Of a stretch of 64,000 nt of DNA, positions 48,104-63,283 are shown piece after piece. The notes below the pieces were generated by a model. It did not search any database, was not told the DNA's origin, and saw only the letters and a list, made by a program, of their open reading frames with translations. The stretch lies in assembly GCA_040954595.2 (NCBI GenBank), contig CM082586.2, positions 8,463,337-8,527,336 on the forward strand, written 5' to 3'. Position 1 is the first letter of the stretch; every line of letters starts with the position of its first letter. This DNA comes from Balanoglossus misakiensis (taxonomy: Eukaryota; Animalia; Hemichordata). The translations under genes and the position numbers were made by a program.

Positions 48104-48552
48104 TGTTTACAAGTGAGCAAGTGGTCAGGTCACCTTTTTATCGTCTGCGTGTAAATTCAATGGCGCAACTTTGGGGGCTGTCCCACCGAACGTCAATCAT
48201 GAGATACTCAAGTGCACCATCTTGTGGCAGGGATACGAGACCCCCTAACTCGAAAGTCTCCTATTTGTTGTGACAAGCAAAGTTAGAAAATATATGTCAA
48301 CAGTGTCAATGACAGTGTCTCATATACAAACATTTAGAGGCTTAAAGTGCGCCCCGAAAATCAAAGTCTGAAACGTTTGCTCATATCTTCCTTAGGATAT
48401 TCTCTCTAGAAATTTAGTTTCCAAAGTGGGAAATGCCGCCGTGCAAAATCTTTGAATTCTCTATTCCATTCTCTATGGAGGAAAGCAAAGGCAGTGATTC
48501 TGATGAAAACAAGATTGTGAACACAGTTTTCTTCTTTGCTTTATACCATTAA

Positions 48553-48981
48553 AGCTGCAAAGTTGATGATAATAACAATTTACTTTGTAGCCTAAAACTC
48601 CTAACTTTTGTTTGTATAATACTTTACTTGCCAAAATAAAATAACTCATGAGTGACTTGGTTAGTTGTCATGGTTCAGTATGTCTAAAAAATGAAATAAT
48701 AAATTTTATGGGTACGTACCCATAGATTTTCATAAACACAAATAGTGCGACTTGATTGGTTCCATGATTGTGACGTCACAGTTTCCGTGTAGTATGGGCG
48801 GTTCATTCAAACATGTTGTTTACCATCGGACTTTTTCTATGAAGCCTTATATCGTTATATGGGCAAATTTGATCCTAATCCATGGGTAGAGCATTCATTT
48901 CATGTTAAAGTTTGTAAATTGATATTTATTTCACAAAGGAAAAATATACCCAAAATGGTATTTGCCATCAACTGTGCAGCT
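48553..48981. mobile_element. Kolobok-like MITE (TTAA TSD, AG...CT ends)
   Basis: ttaa|agctgcaaagttgatg ... catcaactgtgcagct|ttaa. Confidence 0.75.
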
Positions 48982-50528
48982 TTAATAAGCGTTAACTTCA
49001 CATAGCTTGAGTTTATCTAAAATATAGTGAATTGAAGCATATATGGACATGATTTATGTGTGTCCATGTTACCTCTAGCGGATTTAGGTCATTGGTTTAA
49101 ACGTTTTGGTTGAATGGACAATAGATGGTTTCCCAACTGCATTATCAATGCCACAAATGTATGTGTTCATTAGTTTGGGTGTTTTTTCTAGGAGAATTGA
49201 CAGATCTTTGCTTCGGTGCAGTCAGGACAAATGCAATGCTGCCCGAATATGCATGACGTTACTTTACGAGAGAGAGAGAGAGGGGGGAGGGGGAGGGGGA
49301 GAGAGAGGGAGGGAGAGAGAAATTTACAAACAAACCATTAATTCATAAAGGTATTTTTATTCAAGTTAGAAGACAGGAGATTGGTAAAATTAGACAATAA
49401 AACATGTTATGTACATGTAAGTGGGGCTCGATCCATGTATGTGTGTGCGATGCAACTTCTAAAATGCAACTCGAATCATTGTAACTCTGCCACAATCTAG
49501 GCTAAAACTTACTAAACTGAGACTGCAATGCCAAACACACAACACATTCCGAGACCACCATCCACGCTAAACCCATCATTTTGGTCCACTTACATTTGTA
49601 TCTCACTCACCAGCTAACAATGGTACAGATTCTCAAACTAAACCATTCACGAAATTTTCATAAACACGTTGACCTGCTGCTTAATTTCACATCACTGAAT
49701 AATTCATATCTCACTCACTGTTACACATACATTGCTCCCATCAGAGTTGGTTTCATTTAAAGGTTTAAATCTGCAAATATTGCTACAGTTACCAGGGCAA
49801 ATTGAGATCTAGCCAATCACTAATTTTCAGTGGGTGTCACACGCGAATAAAAGGGCGCCACCATATGTTCTTTAGAACACTTAATTACGCTATTTCTGAC
49901 ATATATGGACATATGTAAATTGGAGGTGAGCGTATACCTTCAAAAATTCACCAGCAATGAGCAAAGTGAAACAATCTGTTGCCTGACTAGTGTGGGGAGG
50001 GACATTCTGTAGTTACCAGAACAGATGCTCTAACTTTGGATGATTTGCAATTTTACATTCTCTTTCTTGTAACATTATTGAGTATCCAACGCGTAGCTTG
50101 TCATCATAGCCAGCGTAGTCAGCAGTCTTATTTATGACATTCAAGTGGTCATGTCTGAGAATTGTCATGCATACACCAGCTGTTCTTGACAAGATGAAAG
50201 GGACAAAGTCTCTCTCTCGCTGCCCTTTTTCCATTAATTAAGTTTGATACAAGACACTGTTTATGTTAATTAATGTACATGTGGATATATAGAGAATCGA
50301 CGTTAAACCAAACACAACTGCCATCCCACTTGTGGACACGAGAGTGAAAATCTCGCCAAAATTAATAATTGGTCTCTACCATTTATTCATTTTGGGCGAG
50401 TTTTTACTCTCATATCAGATTTCGCCGTGTTATAGGGAGCACTACAGGTATAAGAAACAACATGGATATACAGTAAAAATGGTCTGACAAAAGTTAGAAG
50501 TTGGGACATCTGCCCCATTGATGGACTG

Positions 50529-53500
50529 CTAACTCTCCCCACTTGTTGATTTCCATTTGACCATGTAAATACTGTGATTCTGCATACTAGTAGCGAACAC
50601 AAGGCCATGTTCATCTTTGAAGCTGAATCCATCCAGCCAGGCTGTGTCCCCAGCTAGGAAACTGGAGCCCCTCTTGGAGCGCCTGTATGCCGGCAGTTTG
50701 AATTTGGAGACGAGTTTGCCCGTTTTGACCTGCACAATGCAGAGATTGTTCTGATCCAGCAGGAGTGCAAATACCGATCCGATACCAAGTAGAGCACAGC
50801 TTGCGATTTCACTGCATGGGATGGTTCTGAAAAGGAGAAATGTTAACAGATATTCATTAAGACAAAAATGTTCTTATCTTCTTATTAAAGCCCCAGTATT
50901 TCTCGTAGGGGCAAAATTTTGTTTGAAACGGCATCTATAATTTCTAAAAGTAGATGATAATTGATTCTGAATCGAACAGTCATCATCCCCAGCTCTGCTC
51001 ATAAACTCATACAATTTACAATATAACGAGTGAAGAATGACTTTCTGTCCGGACAGAAAGTCACGTGAGTCAGGCTCCTGTTGACACACGTGACTAGTGC
51101 GCATGCGCACTCCAATGTGAATCTATGCGGAAGAGGTTTGGTCGCCCCAAATCAAGCGACTCAGCGAAGAAATGCGCACTAATTCGGCGAAATTTTGGGA
51201 AGATAACTTTATGGGAGAAATCAGTCGATGGAACCAGATCAAATCCGAAAATGGTCTGACCATCAAATGTCAAAGTGGCACGTTTGCTGATCGACATGTG
51301 CAACATGTCCGTTGTAAACAAACCCGCGCATCATTTCAAGTGTTACGTGCAATATTTACAGCTTGCATGTAGCTACAGTTGCCCAAACCTTTCTTCTGTC
51401 TTCATTATGTAGTATTCCATGATGAATGTACGGGAAAAACGGGCATTTTTCGATGATGAAAAATGGATACACACGAGAAATACTGGGACTTTAATGTGAG
51501 TTTGCTTAGAACATACTAAGAGTCTGTGGGCCAATCCCCCCCCCACCAAACAACCTCCCAGAAATGACACTTTTTTGTATAGGGTTTTCAGACTACTTAA
51601 TTTAAGTTGCAAATGACAGTAAATGATGATATAATACAAAATCAGAAAATTGTCACTTTTTATTTAAAAAAAACCATGTCATGATCACTTGTGTGTCATA
51701 GACAATTTATGTTGTATATGTTTATAATAAATCATTTGAAGATAGCCTCTTTACTTATCACAGCTCATATAATGATTTTGATCTGAACAATGAGATTTTC
51801 ACAGCTCATTTGCATACACATGTCTGTCTGTCTGTTGCCGATGACCATCACAGCCACTAGTACCCTAGGAGATATACGCCCTTTATCAGAATTTTTCATG
51901 TGGAAGGTTTGAGAAGTCCAAGCTATGTAAAAATGGTGCTGATTCCAGGAAAGCAGTCATATTGGCCCCTGAATAAAGACACAATTGCCATTTTGGCCAC
52001 TTTTTGATCCCAAAAGTGTCAAATTCGGAGACCTGATGATGTATGAAAAAGTCAGTGAGGTTGTGAGTGAGTGCATTTTCTGCCCTTGAGAAAAAACCTT
52101 TACTTTTTCCCTCACCAAGGAATGATGGATACCTTGAGTGGGGTTATTATGACATGAGCTTTCTTCGGTGGGTATAATAAAGACAGAGACAACACATCAT
52201 ATCATCAAATGTTTGTCACTGACCTCGTTAATGTCAGTGTTTGGAATTTCCAAACATGAATTCCTGCATCAGAAGCACAACTGATGTAGTGACCATCAAA
52301 CTGTAGAAGTGGCTGAAAATACAGGCTGCCATCATTATCTGGCAGACTCAGAGTTTTCAAACACTCTGTATTGACTTCAGACGATATCGGCCATATCTGT
52401 CATCAAACGGAATAACAAGAGGTACTTTCAATTAGGTGTAGCTGAACAACAGAGCAAACAAAAATAGACAGTTGAGGTTCACGTTTCTCTGAATACAAGT
52501 TTACATTCTGTGCGTACATCCTTAACCCTAATGCTGCCAAGTCAGTTGAAACTGGTTTGATTTCCAGGGTGCCTAGAATTCAGTAGGGCCTATACAAGAC
52601 CCTCAGACCAATACAGTGCAAACCAGCGCGATTTTGTACATTTTACAGGGGGCTCAGACTGCCACGTGTGTCTAAGTACATATGAGAGCCATGTCAAGAC
52701 AGTCAAAATACGTTTTAGAAGAAAAATGGCAAGGGACTTGACACTCAAAACAGGTATGATACCCAGTAGCATTAGGGTTAAGCTAATCCTTCCAACACTT
52801 TGTCTTAAGCTGTAATGGCTCTAAACACAACAAAACTAATGAAAATACAGCAAAAAGTTACGGTTAATGGGACTTTACATATTATTTACCTTAATTTCAT
52901 TTCTGTCCATGCTTAATAAAACATGTTCATCTTCATTATGGAATACAGAATCTATTGCACTTTTACGTAATAACACCTGAAATAAACCAAAGAAATGAAA
53001 AAAGGGCTCATCTATAGACAAGTGTTCCTTGTTTGAAATTCGTTGAAAAAGATAAAACTGCTGAGAGGTTCTGTTTTTTATGTCTGAAAGATGAGGTTTC
53101 CAAATTTATGTTTGAGTCCATGTTTTACAACCATGAAAGTCATTGTGAGTCATCCCCCCAAACAGATTGTAACACACCATGCAGCGAACCCTTGATCGTG
53201 ATTCATCAATACGCCGTCACGTGACCTTAGTCATTTCGAACTGTTCCCTAGGGCATCATTTCGATCAGTTTCTGCCCGGTACTGTTGCCCCGTCTTGATA
53301 TAATTCCGTGTTTGGTGTGTTACAAAACACATGATGATTGACAATGAGGGCAACAGTGTATTTTTGATAACCTCAGGACTGCCAGTCACACCAAAACAGT
53401 CTGTTTTCCTTCGGGCTATGCCCTCGGGAAAACAAGACTGTTTTAGTTGTGACTAGCAGTGCCCTCGGTCATCAAAATACACTGTTACCCTCATTGTCAG

Positions 53501-56027
53501 TCATCATGTGTATACTGTTTCACTCGGCCTTCAGCCTCGGGAAACAGTCTGTTGGGGGGGGGGGGGTGATTCACAGTGCCTCGGGTTACAGACGTATGCT
53601 GTTGCCCTCATGGCCAGTCAATATGTGTATACTGTCACTTTGTACATACAATGGACAAAACCATTTCAAATGTAAACTGAGAAGGGGGGATAAAATGTAA
53701 ATGAAATACAAAATATATTTTATTGAAATAAAAGACGCTGTGGTCCCGTTTGGGGATGACACGGAAACAGGTACCACAGCGGCAAAGGAAATTTCATTGA
53801 ACAGACTGTCTTGTCATCACAAACTTGTTGAGCCTTTGCTGGGTAATGAGTGACAAGGCGAACCATGCATGCGTTACATGTATCTGTAATGCACTGTCAT
53901 GAGATAAAATTCAGTTGCCCTACCTCGGTTACCCATTCCCTATGGCCATGTAAAGTATTGAAGAGATCTCCAGTAATCAGAGACCAGATTTTCACTGTTC
54001 GATCAGCTGACCCACTCACTACCAGATTCAGTTCAGCACTGTAATCCAAACTGAAAACTTAACCATAAAATAAAATATATTTTTTTAGAAATAGTTATTA
54101 TAATTGTAGATATATATTCAATTATTTATATTCTACCAACACCAAGTATTACTACCTTAAATAGGTTTTTACTTTGTGCTAGGGAGTCCAATCACATTAA
54201 TTATTGCACTGTGGGTATAAAATGTCAACAACTCACTGTAGTGGAGTTTTAAAAGATATGTCACCTGTATCTATGTACATTTTTTCACTTACCTGGGTAG
54301 AAAAATTCTACATGTATTTAATGCAGTGAGTATTCTGTCCAAGTATTTGTGATCCTTGATGACACAAAATTATTTCAATAGAAACACTGTTCAACAAATT
54401 CAAAAATTTTCATTCCATGCCTTGGGTTTAGACCTACACCTGTGTGCTTCAAAGCCAAACATATACATGTACTGTAGTGACATACTTACCAGCTCCTGTA
54501 TGTCCCAAGAAATGCTGTGTTCTTTCGCCTGTTCTCCAATCCCAACAAGCTATTGTATTGTCAAAGGATGCAGTGATCAGCCTATTGTCATCAAATTTCA
54601 CATCAGCACAAGTGTGGGTTTGAATGACAGCCAAACACATACCACTCTCAACATCCCATAGTCTAACCGACTGGTCATCTGAACCTACAGAGAGAGGCAT
54701 AAGAGAACATATACCAGAACATGTAAACATAAAATTCAACCTTTCAGCAGCAACCTATGGTTAAAGCCTCTAGAGCTGCCAAATTTCTCATATTTTTTTC
54801 TACAATAAAATACTTTAAATGTATTCTCTTTCCTTTAAAATCCTCACCATTAAGCAATATTACTTGTATTTGCATCAGTTTGTCTTCTCTTGGCGACGCA
54901 TACCACTCATGCACTCATTCAATCATCTGATGAGAAGGAGTCAGTGTTGCAATGCAGATGAAACACAGCAAATGAAACTTGCTCATGGCCACAGGATACA
55001 ACAAATAGAAAAGTCTTATTTTTGTCTCTTACGTGTAATATGGTGGGAGTTTTACATTGTTACTTGCTGGTGACTTGTAGGGAGCCCTCTAGTGCCCAAG
55101 AGCTGTCAGGTCACTGACCCCATTCTGGCGACCTTTATATTGCATGGCCAGAATGGTTGTTTAATATTGGTCCAGTCAAATTGCTAGGATAGCTGAGATA
55201 GCGTTAACATTATATATATAAACTCACTGGATGATATATTAATTTGAAATTCAAGACAACTTCACAGCTGGAAAAAAAACTTAATAGCAAACAAAAGCAG
55301 ATAATTTCACACATTTGTTCACCTTGATCTATAATGGACGGATTTGTCTACAATTTTCACACACAAAATTATGCCCCTAAATGTGTTTTCTTCTGCCCCT
55401 AAATGTCGACTTTAGGTGCAAAATGCTACCAACCAAAAATGTTAGACTTGTGGTGTAGTGTAGTGTAGTGTAGTTTAGTGTAGTGTAGTGTAAGGACTTT
55501 CAACAAAACGATTATTTTGACCTACCTGTCGCCAGTTTACCGCCACTGTGATACAATGCATACACTCTCGCTGTATGTCCATAAACTGTAATATTCTCAA
55601 ATGCTAATCCATTGGACAGCTGATGTTTGCGATTCAACGCACGCATGTAGGCTTTCTTCCAGTGGTGTTTATTTTGAATGTCCAAGTCGGCGTTGCTGAT
55701 TTTCAGTCCCAGCTGAACACAGCCATTCTGCCACGATTGGCCACACTCACTGATCATCTTGTTCCAGTGTTTACTGACAAGGCAACACTTCAACAAAGTG
55801 GACAAGTCCAACCAGGTCAGTAAATAAAAGCCCAATTCCAACGGCAAGAAAGCCAAAAAATCTCTCTTCAGTAGAGTTTCCAATTTGGTCGACAGGTGTC
55901 TTAACTGTGATGCTCCACACACTGCTATTAGATAGTCCAAAGCAATACATTGCTGATTGTCATTCAGATGGCATTTAAATGTATTCGTGACCTCATCCAG
56001 CCAGACTTCAAAGGCATGGTCCTCCAT
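50529..56027 (-). CDS. FBXW2: F-box/WD repeat-containing protein 2; 6 coding exons
   Basis: [46 protein letters not shown] and [13 protein letters not shown] closely match vertebrate FBXW2. Exons 56027-55526, 54684-54490, 54057-53924, 52976-52890, 52396-52224 and 50826-50529 are GT-AG and phase-consistent. A probable non-coding first exon has its donor at ~56941. Confidence 0.93.
50889..51490. mobile_element. Kolobok-like MITE in the last FBXW2 intron
   Basis: ttaa|agccccagtatttctcgt ... acgagaaatactgggact|ttaa. Confidence 0.8.
53327..53512. repeat. Imperfect ~185-bp palindromic repeat, intronic
   Basis: acacatgatgattgacaatgagggcaacagtgtatttttgat ... atcaaaatacactgttaccctcattgtcagtcatcatgtgt. 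Confidence 0.75.
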
Positions 56028-59000
56028 GTTCACACGATCCTGCAATAAATTGATAATCGTGGAATTTTATTATTTCGAACACAATTAAATCATTCCACAT
56101 TTGATAGGAGCAAAAACCAGCAAATGGATGTTGGCATCATTTGCCAATTGGTTAAATTAGTCCCCTTTTCACATGACCACTTCGCAGATAGAATAACGCA
56201 GGGGGTTGTGGGACAGTTTGCGTTCTGAGCGCGTGCGTTAGCCATGTGTACTAGACGTTATCTGTTGAACGCAAATTATACCAATCATGCATTGCAGATA
56301 CCCTATCTGGCCTAATTAAAACAATTCAAGCACATATCCAATTCCATACAACCAAAATCTATTATTTTGGAAGAATAATTCACGAGGAGACAGAAATGAT
56401 ATGTTTCTCAGATTTTCCGAAATAAAATTCCAACAATAAATGAATGAAGTTGTAACTAGACAGTTTGCTGATTTGCCAATTCCAGCACCACATATATTTT
56501 TTTAAAACATGACTTGTAAACACTATCCATTGTGAGGGACTGTGTCATAAACACAAGCAGAGCAAGTTGTAAGGCTACATGTATATGATTTAGGGCAAGA
56601 TATTTCAAAGCCCCCCCCCCCCCCCCCAAACAATTAAAAGTTTCTCCTCAAAAATACTCCAATCTCTTGACATTCCTTGCGATCGCAGCCTCAAATTAAT
56701 AAAGGTTGGAAAACATACTACATTTCTTTATGTTTTGAATGGGGGTGTACATCCCATTTTCACAACGATGGATATGCTCAGCTGTACGGGAAGAAAACAC
56801 GTTCCGTGACATTTTGAAAGCGCTGACCTCACTCAAAGCAGTAATTAACGTTCAAAATTTACACTAACCGCTAGCTGCAATGATTGTAGCGGGTAACTAA
56901 ACCGCCTACCAAAATATAAACAACGAAGTCGAAGTCCTTACCTTCAGCTCTCAGGTTAACGTTCACTACAGTCGTTTGAGGTCAACTATAGAGGGCGTCC
57001 CAGCGTATGCGTCTATGTTTAGCCTTGCCCCAATCTGATTAAAATCAGATGTAGGGAACGGCGACGTTCCCTACATCTTATTTTAATCAGATTGGCCTTG
57101 TTCGAGCAGTGAAAACTGCAGCATATTAAACAATACAAACTTCATTGCCTTTATAGTTTACATATTCTATGTGCGTACTACAAACATAAAAAGTATCATC
57201 CTCGATACTTGTACAGTTTTTATTCAAGGATATTTTTGTTGTATTTATAAGTTCTCTCATGAATTACTATAGGCCTACTGAGCTGGACCCAAGCAGTAAA
57301 AGCTCTCTGCAGACAGATGTACACTGACTGTATCAATATCACACACCAATTTCAATGTACGGACATCACCATAATATTATTTGGTGCACAGTCCCTCTAT
57401 ACCTGTACTAGTAATACATGTGATTGCAGCTTCGAACAGTCCAATTACAACATGAAAAGCACATATCAGCTATCAACAGTTTTTTTTTAATTGAGATGAA
57501 AAAAATCATAATGGACACAGTGGAGTGTGTGCGATTTTAATGACATGACCTCACACAAACCATACAGAGGGAGTACACACCCACATATTGTCCATCAGAG
57601 TAAATACTTGTTAAAGATAGTCCAGTATACACCTTGCAATGTATTCAAAGATTGTTTGGGTAAAAATTACAACAATGCATTACGTCTCCCGGAAGAAACG
57701 CATGACTTAATCTTACAAGCTATACATTTATCTCTCGGCAGAAATGGACGCCTGGTCGTTTATGTGTTTTATGTGTAATATCGCAGCTTGGGCAGGTTTT
57801 TTATGCTATTATGGTGCCAGTTGAGGAAATGTCAAATTGTCCGAGATGCGAAGGACACTATTGAAGCGTGATATATGAGGGTATAAAAGTTCGATATTTT
57901 GTTAACAACATTATTATCACGCGTCTTCCCTGTTCAACGCCAACACCCAAATTTTAATCGATGGAATACATCCACCCTTATCCTTAGTCGACATATGACA
58001 CCATTTTGACTTTGTGGTGATTCTAACACCCGTTTGCGCAGCTAAATACATTCACGGATTATACTACATGTGTGTGTGTACCTATTTATAAAAGCATTCG
58101 ACACCTAACCCCAACCATAACCCATGCGTTTTCATAGTTATGAAGCTCAGTATAAATGATATTGTTATTTTGCTATTATTTACAAGGCCAACAATGTAAA
58201 GGAAACAATAACAAGTGAGTCTAGTCATTGGTCAATTTTATTAAAACCAACATTTGTATACAGCATGTCTGTATTTTTATAATGGCGCAATGCAAGGAAA
58301 ATCATGAAAACTCCCAAGGACTTATTAAGATTTTTCACACTCGTCGGGGATGTTTTGTCAAACAAACGCCTGCGGTTCGTGAGAGACCAATTTTCCCAAA
58401 CAGGTGTGAGAAATAATCCCATAGTCCTCGATGGTGTGACATTCTATAAGTTTGTACATGTATATGCATTACGTGAACGTGCCAAGCGTGCTGTTGTGCC
58501 TACTAAACTTTAGGGTTATGTATAGGAGCGTGACCTTCAACCACCGTGACCTGAAGTGACCTCTATGTTTAGTGGCCAGCATCTGGGGCTGAAAATTTGG
58601 AAAAAGGTCACTTCCTTGTGGTCTCTTGAAGACAGTTTTTATCTCCAGAGAAATTAAAATTCAGGAAGACAAACTGACCCATTTCCTGCGCGCATTATCG
58701 GTGTAAATGACCATTACAACGTAGTAACAGGAAAAACAAGTGCAAATGGGACGTATTGATGTCCTTTTGCAACCTCTCGACTTAAAAAAATGTCGCATTA
58801 TGTGCAATATCGCTTCCCTAAACTTGGCGTGCATTTCTATTTGCAAAAAACCATCAGATAGTTCTGTGTATTATACCGTCCGAACAGTCGACCTCTTTCT
58901 CACATTAGTGTCCGAGGCGCGCGGTGGAGGGCGGGAGGGGGGGGGGGGGGGGTCTGTTGTACATGTTATCTCCGGCGTCCACATGCAGGTGCCTGTGGAA

Positions 59001-59272
59001 AATGCTACCGAACGGCCTCAAAATAGTCTAGAGGCCGTTCAATACCTTTGTCCGGAGGCACCAGTGTCTAAGCAGAGGCGACACAAAGTGGGGTGCATGA
59101 TGCATGGATGGGTGGCAAGGGATTGGGTCTGTTGGTCACACAAGCCACGCGTGTTTCTCTTCTGAATACATCTGACTATAACAACTGTCTCCTGTGTCTT
59201 GCTTTCACACCCACCCCTCAGTTTGTCTATTCGCACACATAATCTTCCTACAAACACTACTGATCGCACTTA

Positions 59273-59546
59273 GACCAAAATATGTGCTGTTCCGATTACC
59301 CGACCTACCCGACCCTATACTTTTTAGAGCTTCGTAAACCAGAAAGTAAAACTAACGATGTCAAATATACAAAATTTATGAAAATTGCGCGAATCACGCG
59401 AGAACCATGACGCCATTCTTCTACACTAAGACCGACCACAGAAATTAAAAAAATCGCAAAATAAAAATCCCCTACCTACCCTATTTTTTGATTTTTGAAA
59501 AATATGTAATCGGAAAAGCCCATATTTTTTTTTATTTTTTTTTTTA
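59273..59546. mobile_element. MITE with TTA flanks and cctaccc subterminal motifs
   Basis: tta|gaccaaaatatgtgctgttccgattac ... gtaatcggaaaagcccatattttt...gggc|tta. Confidence 0.55.
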
Positions 59547-61127
59547 TTTTTTTTGGGGGGGGGGCTTAGGTTGAGTTACCCCGTGTGTACATGGTGTAGT
59601 CGCATCGCTGTAAAGGGTCGGGCGATTACGCTTTTTTCAAGTTTCAAGTTACCAGTTGCCTGAAGCGGGTTGCTCGGCCGTGTTACCAGTTTGTCACGTT
59701 GCCTTTAACTTTGCAACTGCACATCCGTGGGTGGTTGTTAATTTACCATTTGTGCGCCTAACAACATGTACATTTTTTTATAATTATTAAAGATACTTGA
59801 TATAACTGCCATTTATTGCATTATTTTTTTTTTCAAAATTAAGGCGACTGGTACTGTCAGGGGATTAAACGGCTAAAGTAAATAACATGCAAGCATATCT
59901 TTGTCATATGGTGAAGCATTTTCAGTTAGTATACCGATGCATGCTACTAATTGGTTCACACGCTGCAGAGTGGCCGGGTCAGTAATTGACCTCAATACTG
60001 AGATCAATAAGTAAAGTTCGCACACTTTTCATCTCATTCAGCGGAATTAAACAAAAAACACGGAAATTGTTTTTTGTTGCAAATAGTTGAATGCACTGAG
60101 CACTTGCTTGAAAAGCATACTTCGAACGACTGGAGAAGATAATGGAGTTATTTTTATCTCCCGGAAGAAATGGCTGGTTTAATCCAGACCATATACCTGT
60201 TTACTAGCACTGCCGTCAGGGGTCATGGATACTACAGTCGTTAAATTAGGCGTTTTATTTGAGCAATGGGTCTTGTATCAACTATCATGATGTATGCACA
60301 ACCCACAAATATTGGTTCAGATATACATTTCTAGGATGTACATATCATTTCAGTTGTGACATAATCAGAAACCCAACTTCTGGTATGCATCATACTGCAA
60401 CATGAACATATCCTGCGAAGTTAGACAAAGACTGTGTTTTGATCTTTCACAAACTAGTGTTGCTCTATTTACTTGATCGTCTATTCCCCATTACTGAAAG
60501 TTAACGCATGTTTTGACCGGAGCATATGAAAATCTTGCCCAACTCCAACTTTGGAATATTTTCAGTTTTTTTTTCTTTATTAACTGTGATTTCTTGTTCT
60601 GCTCTGTAAAACACGAAGAATTGTTCACTATTAATTTGTTTCTCAACACAGCGCTTTAGTAGTAATCCGCCGCATTATCCTAACCTGAACTCATTTATAA
60701 ACAATAGTTATTTTTCATATTCAGGTTTAATCGAGAAGTTAAACACTGAAAATTTTATGAAGCCATCAGAGTAGAACAACTCACAGTTGACACACGGAAG
60801 GAATATACTAGGGAAAATAGCCAATGTAGATTTACTGGGGCTTTCACCCCCTCTAAGAAGTTATTTTGTTAACATTTCCGGGTTGTAATTATCCACGACC
60901 CCTTATTATTGCGGACTCTTGCCAGTGGGATGGGTGGGCCCTGTTATTGAAAGTGCCATTGGGTGATGGATAGTCTCCTCAAAGCACAATATACATGTAA
61001 TTACTTTTGAGTGGCAAAACAGTATCCCATTGTATATAAAAGTAAATATAAGTAGACGTTTACCTGCGCTTATAGCAGATGCTCTTCGGGAGCCACATAG
61101 TCACATCCGTTTGAGTATATTTGCAGT

Positions 61128-63283
61128 ATGGTCCCTTTACGTAGCTGTTTTCTGTTCATTCTGCTTGTATCTTCCACCGTAGAGAGCCTAGCAGAGAGAT
61201 CGAAGATTTCACTGACGGACAATGGATACACTGGAATTCTGATAGCCATACACGATGACGTGGCAGAGGATTTTGAACTGGTTGAGAAAATACAGGTAAG
61301 ACAGATTTTGGTGTCGCGTTGTTTTCAACTGTCATAGAAGTTATAATAATCCTGCGTTTGTTCACGCTAAAGCATTTATATTAATGGTTTGTTGTTTTTT
61401 AGTCATGACTCAAAAAAGAAAATAAAAAAGTACAAGATTAATACGCATACAAATGTATTATTCTTGCTGGAAAGGACATTTAATTATTACGAAGTCGTCT
61501 CTTCTTTTTCACAACTCTGGGATTAAATATGGTAAATCTCGGAATATGTCAAGTAGAATTAACATGATGATCGGACGTTTTAGCTAATTTTACGTGGGTA
61601 TGTTATAAAAAATTGCCAAACAGTTGGAAAATGAAAAACGTTAAACCAAAATAAGCCTCTTACAATTGTGATAGTTGGAAGCTTTTACAAACATTTTCTC
61701 CCGCCAAGACTGTAGTCGAGCTTTACCATCCGTGCGAGCGGACGATGTTTTGTAATCGAATAGCCTTGGTATCGGTTCACCATAGGGGGTTTGTTCAAAT
61801 ACAATATACAGAACTCTGTTTTCTTGGACGTTTTATGTCATTTTTGATCATATTTACGGGGGCGAGGAGATACATTTGCACCAAATTTGATATTTGTTAT
61901 GCTGCAGGCCGATGAAACGAAATCGGAAATTGTCCTTTTTTCAGAACATTTGAGAATATAATTATAGATCAGTGAGCTGTCCTGTGTATACATACACCCG
62001 AGTATACATACTCGGGAATGGCCCGGCCATATTTGACGTCCGATTTAGGAAATTTTCAATTGTGTTTTTGAACGCCTGTTTCACCAACGCGGAATTGTCG
62101 GATATATTGTTTGTCGTTGTCGACTATCAGCCGTTGATAGTCAATAACTTTTCAGAATTGGTCATATAGGTTTGATATCATCGTCTGCTCGCACGGGTCG
62201 TTGGATCGACCACAGTTTTCGGAGAGCCAGACCCTGGCGGGCGATGTTGGTTTGATATGAGGATGTGTAGGCCGCTATAAATGGTATTGGTCAGATTTTC
62301 CATTTTATGACAATATGCCCGGGTCCGAAGAGTTGAAAAGGTTTCATATTTTCCCCCACATTGCTACAAAATACCCAGTTTTGCGGTACCGTATATGGGT
62401 ATTTCTTGGCAATTTGGTATCAGGTCCAGAATAAAATGTATAAATGTCATTCAACTTGATGAAATCTTGATAACCATACCATTTGTAAATTGTTCTGTGT
62501 ATAATCAGATTTGACTAGACCCCCCCCCCCTTCCCCTCTTCCTATTCTGCCTCCTCTTCCTCAACAGGACATCTTCACTGAAGCGTCACGTGAGTTGTAC
62601 CGGGCAACTCGACAGCGAGCTTTCTTCAGTAACATCACCATCTCATTACCAGCCACATGGAGTGACAACATAACAGCGACACTGAGTGACATGACAGATC
62701 CCCAGGCTGCCAATATCATAGTGACAAAGCATGACAACGTCGACGTGGAAACACCGTACACCAATCAGGTCGATTCCTGTGGGAAGCAGGCCCAGTTTTT
62801 ACATTTGACTGATAAATTTATTCTTGACAGTCAATGGACAATGGACACATACGGACATCCAGGTATAGTTGTTGAATAACCTCAAAGTACTCTCTTAGAC
62901 ACAAGTATTACCTATCGCCAAGTCGTTATGGAGTCTTAAACATGTGCCACACCTTCACAATATTAGCCAGTGAAGGGTTCTGCTGTTTAAATGGACGTTT
63001 CATTTTCTTCTCAGGGAAGGTCATAGTACACGAGTGGGGGCACCTTCGGTGGGGCCTCTTTGACGAATACCCAACGAGTTCCGGTCAACATTTTTACTTG
63101 ACTGAGACCGATGAGGTAGAAGCAACACGGTGTTCGTTGTCAGTGCTCGGGAACATAGACGGGGACAACTGCACCTTGAACTTGGAGAGTGGTGTACTGC
63201 CCGCCGAACACTGTCGTTTCGTTCCCCTCCTTCAAAATAACCAAGCCACCGGTTCATACATGTACGCAAGTTTCGTGGATTCT
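61128..63283 (+). CDS. Calcium-activated chloride channel regulator (CLCA) family protein, first three exons (continues beyond the window)
   Basis: Exons 61128-61295 (signal peptide; ISLTDNGYTGILIAI), 62568-62862 (FTEASRELYRATRQRAFF..TPYTNQ..CGK) and 63015-63283 (VHEWGHLRWGLFDEY, the CLCA HExxH metalloprotease motif). A TATA-like tatataaaag lies at 61034. Confidence 0.93.
61706..62219. mobile_element. TIR-bounded MITE in CLCA intron 1
   Basis: actgtagtcga..ccgtgcgagcggacgatg pairs with catcgtctgctcgcacggg..tcgaccacagt. Confidence 0.6.
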
